NCBI GenBank assembly: GCA_963693365.1
Contig: CAVNZM010000001.1
Span: 8,882,907 to 8,946,906, forward strand
Direction of reading: 5' to 3'
Length of the DNA stretch: 64,000 nucleotides
From: Amoebidium appalachense
Lineage: Eukaryota > Protista > Ichthyosporea
Shown here: piece by piece, positions 20,141 through 59,812 of the stretch
How the letters are laid out: each line of letters begins with the position of its first letter
How positions within the stretch are numbered: position 1 is the first letter of the stretch
Made by a program: the position numbers and the translations under genes
The notes under the pieces: generated by a model
The model's database searches: none
Told to the model about the DNA's origin: nothing
What the model saw: the letters and a program-made list of their open reading frames with translations, nothing else

Positions 20141-21790
20141 GGCCGGTGATATGACTGAAATACACTGAACCTGGTTCCCTCTACAGCATACACATATGAT
20201 TGTGTGCACGTGTGGGGCGTTGGATTCATGCATGTTTTAGCCAACAAACACGACACGAACCTGAACTCCTCTCTGGCCACATGCACGGTACAACACAAAT
20301 CACAAGCACGCGTAGATAGCACACACGGCCGCACCCGGTGAGGGCTTGCATTATCAGGGCAGCCAGGCCAGCTGCGAACCATGTATTTCACTTAAAACAC
20401 CACAGCGCAAACAACACACACCCACACAGGCTCCCGCACACTGACGGAGACAGGAGGGGTCCTGGGAGGCTGGCATAGGCTGGGGGGCCCGGCTGGTCCA
20501 CTGGGCCAGCACAGTGTGAGGATGTGTGTCTGTACGCTGTGGTATTTCCAGTGACTGGCATGGTTCGCAGCTGGCCGGTCTACATGGTGGGCATGCCCTG
20601 GTAATGCAGGCCCTCACCAGTATCGGCCGTGTGTGCTACCTACGCGTGCTTGCGATCTGTGTTGTACTGTGCATGTGGCGAGAGAGGGGAGGAAGGAGGT
20701 TCAAATTTAAATGTGATAGTTGCTGGCTCTAACACTTTTTCAAACGCCCACACGCAATCATATTTGTACGTTAGAGAGAGAATTCTATTCACAGACCAGG
20801 CAGGTCGCTATGATGATGCTGTAATGGTATCCCATAATGGGGCAGCTTCAGAGCTTCCTGCAGGCTGCGCTACCTTGGCATGAGACCTGGGTTTCTGCAC
20901 CTTGTGTACATGTTTAGTTCGTGTCCTCTTCTTTTCCGAGCGCTTTCACTTCTCTTTTTACTAAGGGAGAGCTTGAGGGGGCAGTTCGTGTGAGGGTGTG
21001 TTTGTACGCTGTGGTGTTTTCAGTGACAGGCATGGTTCGCAGCTGGCCGGTATGCGCATGAGCTGCCCTGGTAATGCAGGCCCTCACGGTACCGGCCGTG
21101 TGTGCTACCTACACGTGCTTGCGATTTGTGTTGTGCTGTGAATGTGGTGAGAGCCCTCACTGTACCGGCCGTGTGTGCTACCTACACGTGCTTGCGATTT
21201 GTGTTGTGCTGTGAATGTGGTGAGAGGAGGAAGAGGCGAGATGGTGGTTTGTTTTAGTAGCTGCTGGCTCGAACACTTTTTCCAACACATACACACAAGC
21301 ATATGTGTACGCTAGAGAGGGAACCAGTTTGACATGTGCACCGGCCAGGCAGGATGCTATGATGATGCTGTATTGGTGCCCCTTTTCAAGCATTTGGTGG
21401 CACCTTGTCCAATATGCGACAGCTTCAGAGCTTCCTGCCACTGCCTGACTCTATTCTTGGGCTTCTGCACCTTTCGTTTAATTTTGTTCTTCTTACTCTT
21501 TCGATTCTCCCTGGGGGAAGAGGGTGCAGGTGGGCATGGAGGGTGTGTGTTTGTGTGCTATGGTGTTTTCAGTGACGGGCATGGTTCGCAGCTGGCCGGT
21601 CTACATTGTGAGCTGCCCAGGTAATGCAGGCCCTCAACGATATTGGCCGTGTGTGCTACCTACGTGTGCTTGCGATTTGTGTTGTAAAGTGCACGTGATG
21701 AGAGAGGTTAGGGTGATTAGAATTTGAAATTCGTGGGTAGTTGCTGGCTCCAACATCTTTTCCGCGCCTACACGCAATTATCACATGCAC
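20141..21790. repeat. Array of a ~500-bp unit: one inverted copy (split by the Copia insertion) plus three direct copies
   Basis: Core GCATGGTTCGCAGCTGGCC...GGTAATGCAGGCCCTCA...GGCCGTGTGTGCTACCTAC at ~20557, ~21030 and ~21579; reverse complement at ~20310-20383, continuing at ~16050-16087. Confidence 0.85.
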
Positions 21791-21839
21791 ACACGCACGC
21801 ACACATGCGCGCACGTGCGCCCGCCTAAACACACACACT

Positions 21840-21889
<50 letters not shown>

Positions 21890-22451
21890 AACGCTACATA
21901 CTGAGCAAACGGTCCAGATACTGTGACTCGGCCGGTAAGTTATCATGTGAGATCGACAGGCCGGATCCTGCCTATACGCATATGTTTCCGAAACGGAAGG
22001 AGAAAGTACCGGAGACCTTCGGAGAAGTGTTGAGTGCTAGAAATAAAGGTCTGCAAGTGCAATAGAGGTTTATGATTTCCTTTGCCTCGAGTGTTTTCAA
22101 ACTGTTGTGCGGTCTACCTTCGCTAACGTTGAAGTCTCGTCAATACTTAGTGAGTTAGAGCCGGCCTAGCCTGGTAAGAGCCGGCCTAGCCTAGTAAACT
22201 AAATAAACTGAAAACCCTCAGGAATCAAAACAACTGATATTAAAACAAAACTAGATTTGTAGCACTTTCGTTGTGTGTGTGTGGGGGGGGGGGGGGGGGG
22301 GGGGGGTCTATGTGGTGTGCGTGTGTGTATGTGTGTGCGTGTGCGTGTGCAATGCTGTGTGTGCACATGCACGTCCGCTTCATGTGTCTGCGTATGTGCG
22401 TGCGTGGAGGCGGGAAGGGAGAAGGCGGGGGGGGGGGGGGGGGGGGGGGGG

Positions 22452-22498
<47 letters not shown>

Positions 22499-22591
22499 TC
22501 AAAGCTTTTGTGTCATTTAGCGGTCACGGTGGGGCACAATCTATATAAGGCTTCGATGGTGGCCATATCTGAAAGACATGTCATGCAAGGA

Positions 22592-22953
22592 AGGGCCCAA
22601 CCACATCGGCTGAGTCAACTTGATCCGAGCATAATTATTCTGAAAAAAGCAGAATTATTCTGCAAAAGCAGAATCAATCTGCTAAAAGCAGAATCAATCT
22701 CCTAAAAGCATAATTATTCCGCTAAAAGCAGAATTGTCTGCTGTCGAAAGCAGAATAATTCTTTTGTTTGCGGAATAATTCTGCTAAAAGCAGAATAATT
22801 TTGCTAAAAGCAGAGTTATTCTTCTAAAAGAAGAGTGATTTTACTTTTGCGTAAAAGCTAAAAGCAGAATAATTCTTGTTTTGCAGAATAATTCGGCTTT
22901 TGAAGAATATTTATCCTTTTTGCAAGTTGACTCTGCCGATGTGGTTGGGCCCT
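22592..22953. mobile_element. Non-autonomous TIR element (MITE) with internal ~20-bp repeats
   Basis: 31-bp TIRs AGGGCCCAACCACATCGGC(T/A)GAGTCAACTTG with one mismatch; 6-bp TSD CAAGGA (22586-22591 and 22954-22959); internal AAAAGCAGAATTATTCTGCT-like repeats. Confidence 0.88.
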
Positions 22954-23263
22954 CAAGGAGTGAGTGGGTGGGATTGATGTTGTGGTGCACTTGTTCGAAA
23001 GGGGAATGGCCGGGCCGAGGGGGGGGGGGGGGGGGAGGGGGGGGGGGGACTTTTTTTTTTTTGGGGGGGGGGGGGGGGGGAGGGGGGAAGGGGGGGCAGG
23101 TATTGAATGCCAGCCCATGTAAACAAAGGCTTGGATAAGGGTACTACGGGTTGAAAACCGACAGGTACGTGTTGTTTGGTGTCACATATCACACGGCGGA
23201 TGGCAGGTGAGCCCAAGAGGTGTGTGTGTGACAGGGTGTGTGCACGGTGGGGGTGGGGGTTGG

Positions 23264-23298
<35 letters not shown>

Positions 23299-24464
23299 GG
23301 AGGGCGGGGCGAGGCCGGGGGGGGGGGGGGGGGGTGGGGGGGGGTGGGGAGGGGGGAGCAAGGGGGAGGGGGAGAGAGGTGGGGTGGGGTTGTGTGCATG
23401 TGGAAGGGGGAGGGGGTAAACGTCCTTTCGGATCAAATGTTACAACTGAGACTGGATCAAATCTACAAGTCGCAGTTTGCCGGACTAGTTGAAGGGTAGG
23501 AGGGAAGGGGGGGGGGGGGGGGGGGGGGGGGGCTGAGGGGTTTGGTGAGATAATTCCGAAAATGCACCTGGAGGGCAATTGCAAGAAACTGTAGAAAAGG
23601 TAAAAGAACTTACTAAAGTTTCGGCATCCCCCTCCCTCCAAAATAACAACAACAATAAAAATAATAACTTACGATAAATTAAATGACAAGTTCGACTCCT
23701 CCCCCCCCCCCCTTCCCTACTTCCGCCTCGTTGCGCCTCCGCGCTTAGTTCACCAATCACATGCACCCTCGTGCAGCTGTAGCCATGCCAAATTGCTGAG
23801 GACAAGAATGCTGAGACTAGACCATTTATTTCCATTCAAGCTGTGTTGAGGTTCGAAGAACCAGTCTGAGAGCATATTTGTTTTTAATAACATTGTCTTT
23901 GTCTGTATGATTTAATGTTCAGGTTGTGTTGGAGTGTACATCGCGGTTTGCAATGCACTGGGTATTGGAAGTTATGTGGCTATATCCGGGTGGGCAATTG
24001 TCTGGGGATAACCAGACACACGAAAGGGAGGGGAACGGGAGGGAGGGGGGCCCGGGGTGGGGAAGGGGTGAGTGGGCCGGGGAGCAGAGGGTAGCGGGTG
24101 GGGGGTTGGGTGGGAGTGTGTTTGAGTGTGTGTTTTTTTTTTTTTTTGGGGGGGGGGGGGGGGAGGTATACCATTAATTAGTGTCCTTTTGTGACCAAAG
24201 ACCGTGCTAGACGTTCGGAATCTCGGAGAGGCAAGGGGAAAGGGGGGGGGGGGGGGGGGGGGAGGGGGGGAAGCACCATTACGATCAAATGCCACAGAAT
24301 CATAGGGGGGATCGTTTGAGTATTACGGTACACGTGGGAGGACCTTTTCCTTGATGATAAAATGAGCTGGCTGGATGCCAGGAACCGTTTGTGTCAGTGT
24401 AAGCCCCCGCACCCGCACGTGTGTATCTGTGTGTGCGTGTGTGTGTCACGTGCACGTGCATGTG

Positions 24465-24548
<84 letters not shown>

Positions 24549-24553
24549 ACACG

Positions 24554-24586
<33 letters not shown>

Positions 24587-24680
24587 TGGGCAAGATTGCC
24601 TCTGTGTATATATGTGTGTATGTAATTTCTGTGTGTGTGTGTGGCTGTGTGTGTGTGTGTGTGTGTGTGTTTGTGTGTGG

Positions 24681-24743
<63 letters not shown>

Positions 24744-24797
24744 GGCAAGATTGCCTGTGTATATATGTTTGTATGTAATTTATGTGTGTGTGTGTGG

Positions 24798-24901
<104 letters not shown>

Positions 24902-25863
24902 CTGTGTGTGTGTAATGGCCACGTGGTCTTTGATGAGGTCTACACCGGAGTGTTAATAAGCAAAACTGGCCAACAAAAAATGACTTCCTGCTTGCTTACA
25001 CAAGCATTAGAGTAGCCTAAACCATAATAATCATAACTTAGAAATCTTACAAATTAATCCAATGAGTGATTTGCCATCCAGCCGACCCCCCCCCCCCCTC
25101 CCCCCCACCCCCTCCCCCCCCCTCCCCCCCCCCCCCCCCCCCCTCCTTCCCCCCCTAATCCGTGACACCAACACCACCACCACATTCAAACACAAGCACT
25201 TTTATTGCATGACATACACCCTAGCACACATTTCTACCACACGGGGGGGGGGGGGGGGGGGGGGGAGGGGGGTGAGGGGGAGAGGAAGTTTCATGGACCC
25301 CCCCTCCCCAAGCCCATCTCCACCTTTCTCCTCGTTTGGTGTTTCCCCACCCCATCCCCATGCATCCCCTTGTTACCAAATGTCCCGGTTGAACGGAAAA
25401 CATGCACCTATCGGTGGAGGCTCGTGGAAGGGAAAAGTGTTGTGCACCTAGAATTTCTATGTCGCAAATTTCACACCTTTTCTTGGGGAGAGGAAGGGGA
25501 GGACGGGGAGAAAGGGGGGAGAGGGGAAGGGGGGGGGGGGGGGGGGGGGGGGGAGGGGGAGAGGAGGAGCACGGGGGGTTGGGAGGTGGGGTCAACTGGT
25601 TGTTGGGGGTTGCAGGCGGGAGGGGGGGGGGGGGGGGGGGGGGGGGGGTATATTATTTTCGCATTGGGGGACTGCCTTTACTATCATTTTCTCTCTAGAT
25701 TTTGAAGAAATAGGTTTCGGTTCGACGTGGAGTACATGTTTTCAAATTTTTGCCTGTTCCCATACCCTTGCGATATTACATTTCAGCGAGAACCCTTCCG
25801 TCTCAAACGGGGACAAATATAATCATTTAACCTTGTTCAACCTTCATTCACCAACGGCACTAA

Positions 25864-25912
<49 letters not shown>

Positions 25913-26624
25913 AACCTCACCCTCTCCCAAACACACTCCCTCCCTTCCCCTCCCTCTCCCCCTCCACGGGAGCCTGGCTTGAGAAAACGGGGTTTCAAGG
26001 GGGACTGCAATTCGGCTTTCGTTGGTCCGGTAAAACATTGAATCCGATAGAAATATTGCCTAGTACATAGTTTTATTTATTGGGCACGTGTGTGCCGAAA
26101 ATGGGTGCTCGTCTGGGCCAGTTGTGTGCAACGGTGAAGTGGAGGTACGGGTGATTGTGGATGTTGGCAGCTGTGCTGATGTATGAAAGGACAGAGCGAA
26201 AGGCGGGGAGGGTGGGGGGGGGTGGGGGGGGCACACCATCTTATGGGATTGGGACGAAGTGAACGGAGGAACCAGAGGGGGGGGAAGGGGGGGGGGGGGG
26301 GGGGACAGGGATTAAGGGGGTGGTTGAGGTGGGCAATTGAGGAGAGGGGGGGGGGGGGGGGGGGGGGAGGGGGGGTTCTAAATGAACGTGCATGTTTGGC
26401 AATGCACGGGATGGTCTAAAGGGATAGGTTCCCCAGGGGGGGGGGGGGGGGAGGGGGGGGAGGGAGTACAATCACCGTGTGTGAATGAATGTAGTGAGTG
26501 AGCGAGGGGGTGTGCGTGTATGCGCGCGCCTGTGTGTGTGTGGGGGGGGAGGTGTGTGTCGATGAGGTGTGTGTGTGTCCGTGCGGGGGTGGGTGGGTGA
26601 GTGAGTGAGTGAGTGAATGAGTGT

Positions 26625-26655
<31 letters not shown>

Positions 26656-27594
26656 GGGGGGAGGGGGGGGGGGAGGGAAGGGGGAGCTGATGGGTGGACC
26701 AAGGGGGGAGGGGGGGGAGAAAGAGGGAAAATGGGGGTGTGTATGAATTAGAGGGTAGGAATAATGGAAGTGAAGACATTAAAAAGTAAAACGTGAAAAC
26801 TGCACAAAAATGCACAAAGCAAGAGTAAATGAGTAACAACAAATCTCGCGGGCAAAGATAACTTGAACAGAGCAGAGCCCATCATCATCAGAGGGGCGGT
26901 GTCCCCCCGGGGGGGGAGGGAGGGAGGGGGGCGAGGGGGGTGGGTGGGGGGGAGGGAGGGGAGGCTCCCTGTCACCCTTCCAACGCACACAAGCCCATAA
27001 AGGACTACATGTTTTCTGTTTACTGCCCAATACCCACCAGTCAATTGATCAAGCTCCTTACACACCTTTCTAATATAGTATGCTCTTGGGGCGGGTGGAT
27101 ATGGGCCAGCAAGAAAAATATGCTGTAAAGGTACGCATGTCTCATTTACACTGAACGGATATGTAAGTTACAAAACTGCGAGAGAAAAAGGCCGTTTACA
27201 CAACCCATCCCTCCCCCCCCCCCTCCCCCCTCTCCCCTCCCCTCCCCCTCCCCTCCCCCCGGACCTCAAACCTCACCACCTCCCCCCCCCCCCCCCCCTT
27301 CCCCTCACCAAAACACACACATGTATGTTCTTACCACGTGCTGTTACAAACAGCCCATATATGCCTAAATAACACAATCCCACTCTCGTTACATTCGCCA
27401 CCAGTAAGGGGGCAACTCTAACTTAAAAAAACCGAATATGTCAATGAAACGAAGAAGAGAAGGGGCGCCTGGAAAGTTCCAAACCACAAAAAAGTGATGC
27501 GTAGATAAAGTGCTAGGAGGGGAAGAGGGAAGTGAGAGCGACAAAAACCAAACTATCTATATACACATGTGGCGCTTATAACACAGATAAACGT

Positions 27595-28236
27595 TCAGTC
27601 AAATAGCGATAGAAGGTACTCCCTCCCCGCCATCACCTGCTCCTTCTCTATCCAGAACGTACTCACTATAAGAATATTCAATCCACCCACCAGGAATCCA
27701 GCGAGAACATCCAGAACATGGTGCCTTCCCATAGCCACGCGCGACACTGCCACAACGCACGCCCACGCGGTAGAAACCACAGCAGGAAGAGAGTTAAAGT
27801 GCCCTACATAGGCGGCAAGAACAACAAACGATGCAATGTAAACAGACCTTGTTGTGTGTCCAGAAGGAAACGAGAATTGATCGATCTTGTCCACCGTTGC
27901 AAATTGCTTCTGGTTGCTCTCCCAGTGAGGGCGTGTGCGACGAAACGCCAGCTTCACCACAGAAACGAGAAGAATGTCTGTGATTAGCCCGAAGAAAAGG
28001 TTGCACAGAAGCATGTAATCATCAGGTGTGAGAGTGTGATGCCGCAAGAAAGTAATTGCGACGGCAAGAAGCCACAAAATGCCATGTCCAGAATACTCCA
28101 GCAAGTGTAGTGCAGAGCGGCTGTGGCCCAGGTCCTGGTATGCTCTGTATATGCTGTAGGACACCTCGTGGTCCCAGTATGTTAGCTGCTCCCGCAGGGT
28201 CATGTTCTTCTTATCTTTGTCCTTTTTCGCTCCCAT
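27595..28236 (-). CDS. PLPP6: PAP2-family lipid phosphatase, PLPP6/PPAPDC2-like (polyisoprenoid diphosphate phosphatase), single exon
   Basis: 213-aa ORF with LEYSGHGI, C1 KLAFRRTRP, C2 DQFSFPSGH and C3 SRVAMGRHHVLDV, plus hydrophobic segments. Confidence 0.85.
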   Translation of the reverse strand: MGAKKDKDKKNMTLREQLTYWDHEVSYSIYRAYQDLGHSRSALHLLEYSGHGILWLLAVAITFLRHHTLTPDDYMLLCNLFFGLITDILLVSVVKLAFRRTRPHWESNQKQFATVDKIDQFSFPSGHTTRSVYIASFVVLAAYVGHFNSLPAVVSTAWACVVAVSRVAMGRHHVLDVLAGFLVGGLNILIVSTFWIEKEQVMAGREYLLSLFD

Positions 28237-30462
28237 TTTCGCATTTTTTTTAGGGCTCGCCAGCGTGCTGGTTTCTTAGGGCCTCTTCTAAAGAGGTTGA
28301 ATCGGTTTCCCGTCGATTACGAACGGTTGAGGGCTGGTATTTGGGCCTCTTACTTCCCAAGGTTCTGTCAAACCTATTGTAGTAAGTCAAATCTGCCGTT
28401 AACGTTGTGCGTGGGGTATGTGTCTGTGTGTGCACGGAAGAGAACGCCTCTGTGCGTCCGTGCGTGTTTATGCTGTGTTTTTTTTGTGTGCGTGTGCGTG
28501 TGCTTGCAGTGTGTGTGTACCATTCATGACCAGAAAGAAGTAGGCAGGATATGAACAGGCCTGGTGAACTACCGGGAAAGACAGAAAGCCCCCAATATTC
28601 GGTAGAAGGGGAGGAGAGACGGGATAGAAAAACTAATGGTTTTCAGTATTCTCGATGGAGCCTAAGTCTCTCCCTAAGCCAACAAAAAAGCACTCGAGGG
28701 TGCTTCCGTCTGTTGTTGGTGCAGTTTTTGTTACGAATTCTTTTGGGGTAGACCTGGTATCGGGTGATAAAGGGAGTGGTGTTCCATTGAATTTCAGGCA
28801 ACTAATGTCCGTATTTATCCAGTGTACTCTCTCAGGTTTGGAACGAGCGAAAGGGTAAAGTTTGACCATTGTCAAGGCACTATGCACAATGATTTAAATT
28901 CTGGTGAATATATTTTATTTTTCGAGGATCAGTGGAGGCACGTTTCCGCAACGCCAATTCTGCCTGCGGGGGGGTGACAACCTACCCTGGCCCTCCTCAG
29001 ACAATATGAATGTGACAGCTACAGACGGTATGCATGTGAAATATTGTCTTCAGCACTCGGTAAATGGTAAAGACGGACATTCTTGTGGAATGCACGGAAT
29101 GTGAAGCCCCCCCTCCAAACCTCGGGTGTCACGATCGCGATGACGTCAACCTTTGTAACTTCATGTATGTACATGTCGCGGCAGGCGCCGTTGCCCGGGT
29201 ACCCTGTGATGTTTGCTACAGCAGATCTGATTTTGCATGGCAGGGAAGAGGCGGGTATGGCACAGAAAGCTGCAACTTGCGAGGTCTAGAACTCTGTCCC
29301 CCCCCCCCCCCCCCCCCCCCCCCCCTCTCGAGCTCCTCCGGGGCCTGAGTACCCGCGTCAACTCCACCCACCCATATGGCCACCCCCGGGCCCACATGTA
29401 CATACAGACACAGGCACACACACACAAACACACACACGTGTAAACACACACACGCACACACAGGTATATAAGTTACGGTACACGCACACGCACGCATGTA
29501 CCTGTCTTGACCCCCGGCCCCACACACACCTAGGTGAACGCACACATACTCCGTTCCCCAATCTTCTACCTGTCTGTCACTTTGCAGCTATAAAAAATGT
29601 GATCTGGTTTTCCGTTCGAACACAGTAAGTAAAATAAAAGAAAATGAACTCAACTTGGCAAATGCCGACACGTCCTGACTGTGCCTTCGTTATCTTTATT
29701 ATTCGTTGGTGTATATTGCTCTCTTGCTCGTATGCCAAAGAAACCTCACTCTATCAGATTTACTCAGCGGCAACTACACAATCACGGTCACTCTACATAC
29801 ATAATATTTCTCGCCTTAAATATGGTCTAGCTGTTGTATTCTATAGAACACTACACGGTAACTTTCACGAATTCGAACGACAACATTACCGATTCTTAGA
29901 AGCAATTTAATCCTAGGAAAATGCAAAGCAAGTTTGCAAGAGAAACTAAATGGTAACTACCCCCCCCCCCCTCCCCCCGGAACCCCCCCCCCCCCCAAAA
30001 AAAAAAAACCCCCCTAAAAAGAAAAAAGAAGCACGTGAGCTTCCCCATCCAGTCACCCATTCACCACCACCACCACCCACCATTTTATTCCAGCACTTGG
30101 AGCCAATACTACCTGGATATAAACCAAACATTGTCCTGACGACAAGTTTACATCAAATGCCCACTTCGAAGCTCACAAGTTTCTGGCGCTAGCCGCCATC
30201 ACTAATTAATTAAAATAAGAATAATAACATACACACACTGCCACAAAGGAAGTTCAAGCAGCAAACATGACAAAAGACAACCAAAAAATCGTGCCCTTAA
30301 CACTCTTGCAATAAACTGTGCACACGTGTACAGCTTGCGCAGGCATTAAGCATCCCTCTCTTTCTCAGAGCCCCGCCCCCCCCCCCCCCCCCCCCCCCCT
30401 TCTTGGTAATCACGAACACAGACCCTCGCTACCTCTCGCTACTCAGCCATTCACACACACGC

Positions 30463-30528
<66 letters not shown>

Positions 30529-30785
30529 CGTGACACACACACCACCCACCCACCTATTCCACACATCCGCATCGAATTTTTGACAAACCCACGACCTCCC
30601 CCCCCCCCCCCCCCAAAAAAAAAACAAACAAACAAAAAACAGACAAAAAACAACCAAAAAAAACAACATAAAAATGCAACAACGTATACCAAACCTACGA
30701 TAAACGGCATGATATTTGCCACACAGCCAGAAAGTGCGCCCCAGACACTTCGACATTGTCAACTTACATGTACATATGCTTCTAA

Positions 30786-44997
<14,212 letters not shown>

Positions 44998-46822
44998 CTA
45001 CGTGTTGATTGCATGGATGGCATGAGCGGAGAGAAAAGGCATGTTACTTGATGTAAAGGTACATGTGGAATGAATTGCGGTAATAGCGGCTATGGGTCTA
45101 GGAAATCTGAAAGTGTAGGAAAGCCAATTACTGCTTGAGTATGAATATGACATATATCATGCATTTGGGAAGCTCCAAAACTCCACATCGGCAGTTCTTA
45201 TCCCTCGAACCCCCCTCCCCCCTCCCCCTCCCCCCTCCTCCCCCCCCCCCCCCCCCCCCCCCCGGCCCAACCCCCCAACCACGATACCGTACAGAAACTT
45301 CTTCTGCGAACACATGTTCCACGGAGTCGTCTATATTATCATACTACAGCCACAACACGTAGTGCACGGCTCAAACATGTGGAAAAGGGTTAGGGAGTGC
45401 ACACACTGAGGCACCCACCAGATCATAGGTGCAATAGCTGATGCTGACTGGCATCTTGACCTGGGATCATAGCGGATGTGGTAGGCCTGCTCGAAAGTTC
45501 CCAATGCTTTGCACGTAGAGGAATTTCTGTGTTCCCCACAAAAATTAATAGCAGCAAAAGGATCTGGACCTCTGTGGAGTAGAAGTGAATTGTGTGCACT
45601 GTGCGTAACGGTCATGAGGTGATGGCTAGCCTGGTTAGTGGAAATCAAAAGCGACACGCTCAAGAAGTGTGCCTAGATCCAAAGGATGTATCAAGAGAAA
45701 GCCTTTATTTGTTTGCGGATCACTAAGTAACCGTGGAGGGCGGCATGAAAGAATGGCTAGCACTATCACTTCAATCGGCAGCGAACGCAAACTTGATGTA
45801 GTGTGTCCCCTACAGAAAAAAAAAAAAAAAGGGAATAGGTGTCTTTAGACTCGCACTTTCACCATGAAAATGCTATCGACACGAGTACCAAGCTGTCAGT
45901 GAAGTCACTGGTGATGTTTTGAAAGCATGTTTTCCGACCAAACGAAAAAAGGAAGGAAACTTGGTGTGTCATTATGTGTACCTACCTGTCAGAAGGTACT
46001 GAGCAGCAAACGGCAGAGTTACATTTGTTACAAAACGAATCCTACCTTGAATAGCGAATATGTCGTTCCGCGATTGCCCTGAATACTTCTTCCCTTGATT
46101 ATGTCTGCTGAAAATTCACCGTACCATATGTTGGCACACCTTGTTGAACTGCTCTTCCTTTCCTTTGTACAGTACGGTTCCTTTCGGTGCGTGTGCCATC
46201 CCGTTTACAACAAGGTTGTAAGGTTGTGTAAGAGCTCTGAGAAGCAGCCTTTTCGTTTTACACTGTCTCTTAATGCCCCCTGCTAAGGTAAAACTGAAAG
46301 CGCCTTTTACTATCACAGCTTCTCTGCATTCGAAAAACTTCGTTGGTTTTCCCAAACCGTTCTGTTTTGAAAAACTGAAACACTGAACAGCTGGAAAAGC
46401 ATCCGCTGGCTTTTATATACCCGCGGGCCATTATTTGATCCGACGATTTGATTGGCTCAATCGGCACCAACAGAACACTGAGCAATGGCTCGGGCCAGCT
46501 GTCTTTCCGAGTCGAATATTTAACCGATTCGGGTCAGGTGCAGTGACCCGATGACGTCAACGACTGGGTTACCCAAAAGTTTGGCTCTCGTTTCTTCGGA
46601 AAAAACAACACGGGTCAAGTTTTCAAAGCAAGGATCGGAATTTTGGGGTGGATTAGGGTTAGTTTTAGAAGGGTAGAAGAGTGGTGAATCGCCATAGAGC
46701 TTTTTAGCTCGGGCAATAAGACAGTTTTGGGCAGCCAAAGGAAAGCTGTAATTGCTTTTCCTGTTTTGATCTTTCGTTTTTTCCTTGGGGGTATATAATT
46801 GTAGAACGCTAGACTGTCAAAC

Positions 46823-58618
<11,796 letters not shown>

Positions 58619-59812
58619 GCTGCCGGACGGGGGGTGGCCGTGTGTGGCCACAAAGAAAAAACTTGAAAAATAAATAAATAAACGTTGGCTGTCTTACCGT
58701 GCACTGTTATTAATATTAAATGGCTGGCCGCAAGGAAGAAATGAAAATAGAAAGGGCTTCTTTTAGGCCGATTGGTTGGCCACATTCCAGCATATCCGGG
58801 TCAAGCCATAAAAAACAAAATTCTTGACTGCAACTATCTTCCCACCGCTTGTTTATTTTTCTTTCCTTTTTCTTTCCGAAAGTTCTTTTTCTCTATTTTT
58901 TTTTTTTTTAGTTGTCTATTGTGGCACATCTGTGCCTTACTGCTGGCAGAACGTGTTGTTTTCGGGACCGGCTCTGATGCGCAGTACGTCTATCACATAG
59001 CTAATGTCCGGACCTCGACTGCATACGTCAGTAATTCGTTTAGCTCTTCCCGTATTCTATCATTATCTCTTTTGCGCAAAATCGCAAGCTCTCAGGCCCA
59101 CTGCAGTGTGTGTGCACTGGGTACCAGTGGTAATGGCGATGTTGATATCTATGTCGATGTGGTAGCATGTGCACTGACTCCTGATATTAGTTCTGTGATG
59201 TTTGTATATGCACGTGTTGTGTGCACGTGCAAATGTGTGTGCACGTGTGTGTCGGGTGAAGACCGCAACGGTTAAGAATTCGAGCTGGTGTCTCTTTTTC
59301 CTTGGTGGTGGTGGTGGTGGTGGGAGCGGAGGGGGGGGGGAGGGGGGGGAGGAGGGTTACAGAAAACGAAGTACACATGCACATATATTCCTATTTTTTT
59401 ACTTTTTTTATAAAAGCTATTCGTTGACGAACAACACAAAACAGAATGCAAAATTGAGAGAGAGGAGAATATTTTCCAGTTTTAAAAGACACCTTGATGC
59501 AATTGCTGCACATCCAGTGTGCAAGAAGTGTTTTTGTGGTGACCTGTGCATGCCTGTATGGAATGGATCCCCTGCCTGTGGGCAATACACAGAGTGTGCA
59601 AAATACACAGCACCATATGAACGCCCCCTGAACAGGATTCACCCACCATGCATGCACTGCAAACTCCCGCGCAAACACCCCATACTATTGCTTCTTTTAA
59701 ACCCCCCTCCCTTCCCCCGCCCTGAACGTGTGCAATAATACTAACTAAATCCTACATGTGTGGTGCCTGTGCAGGTGTGTGTATGTGCTGTATTTAGCCC
59801 TCCGTGCATTAA

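Noticed and set aside
20590-20615. TPP-riboswitch-like CCUG-GUAAUG-CAGG hairpin in the 500-bp repeat
   Set aside because: The CUGAGA pyrimidine-sensor motif and the P1-P3 architecture are missing.
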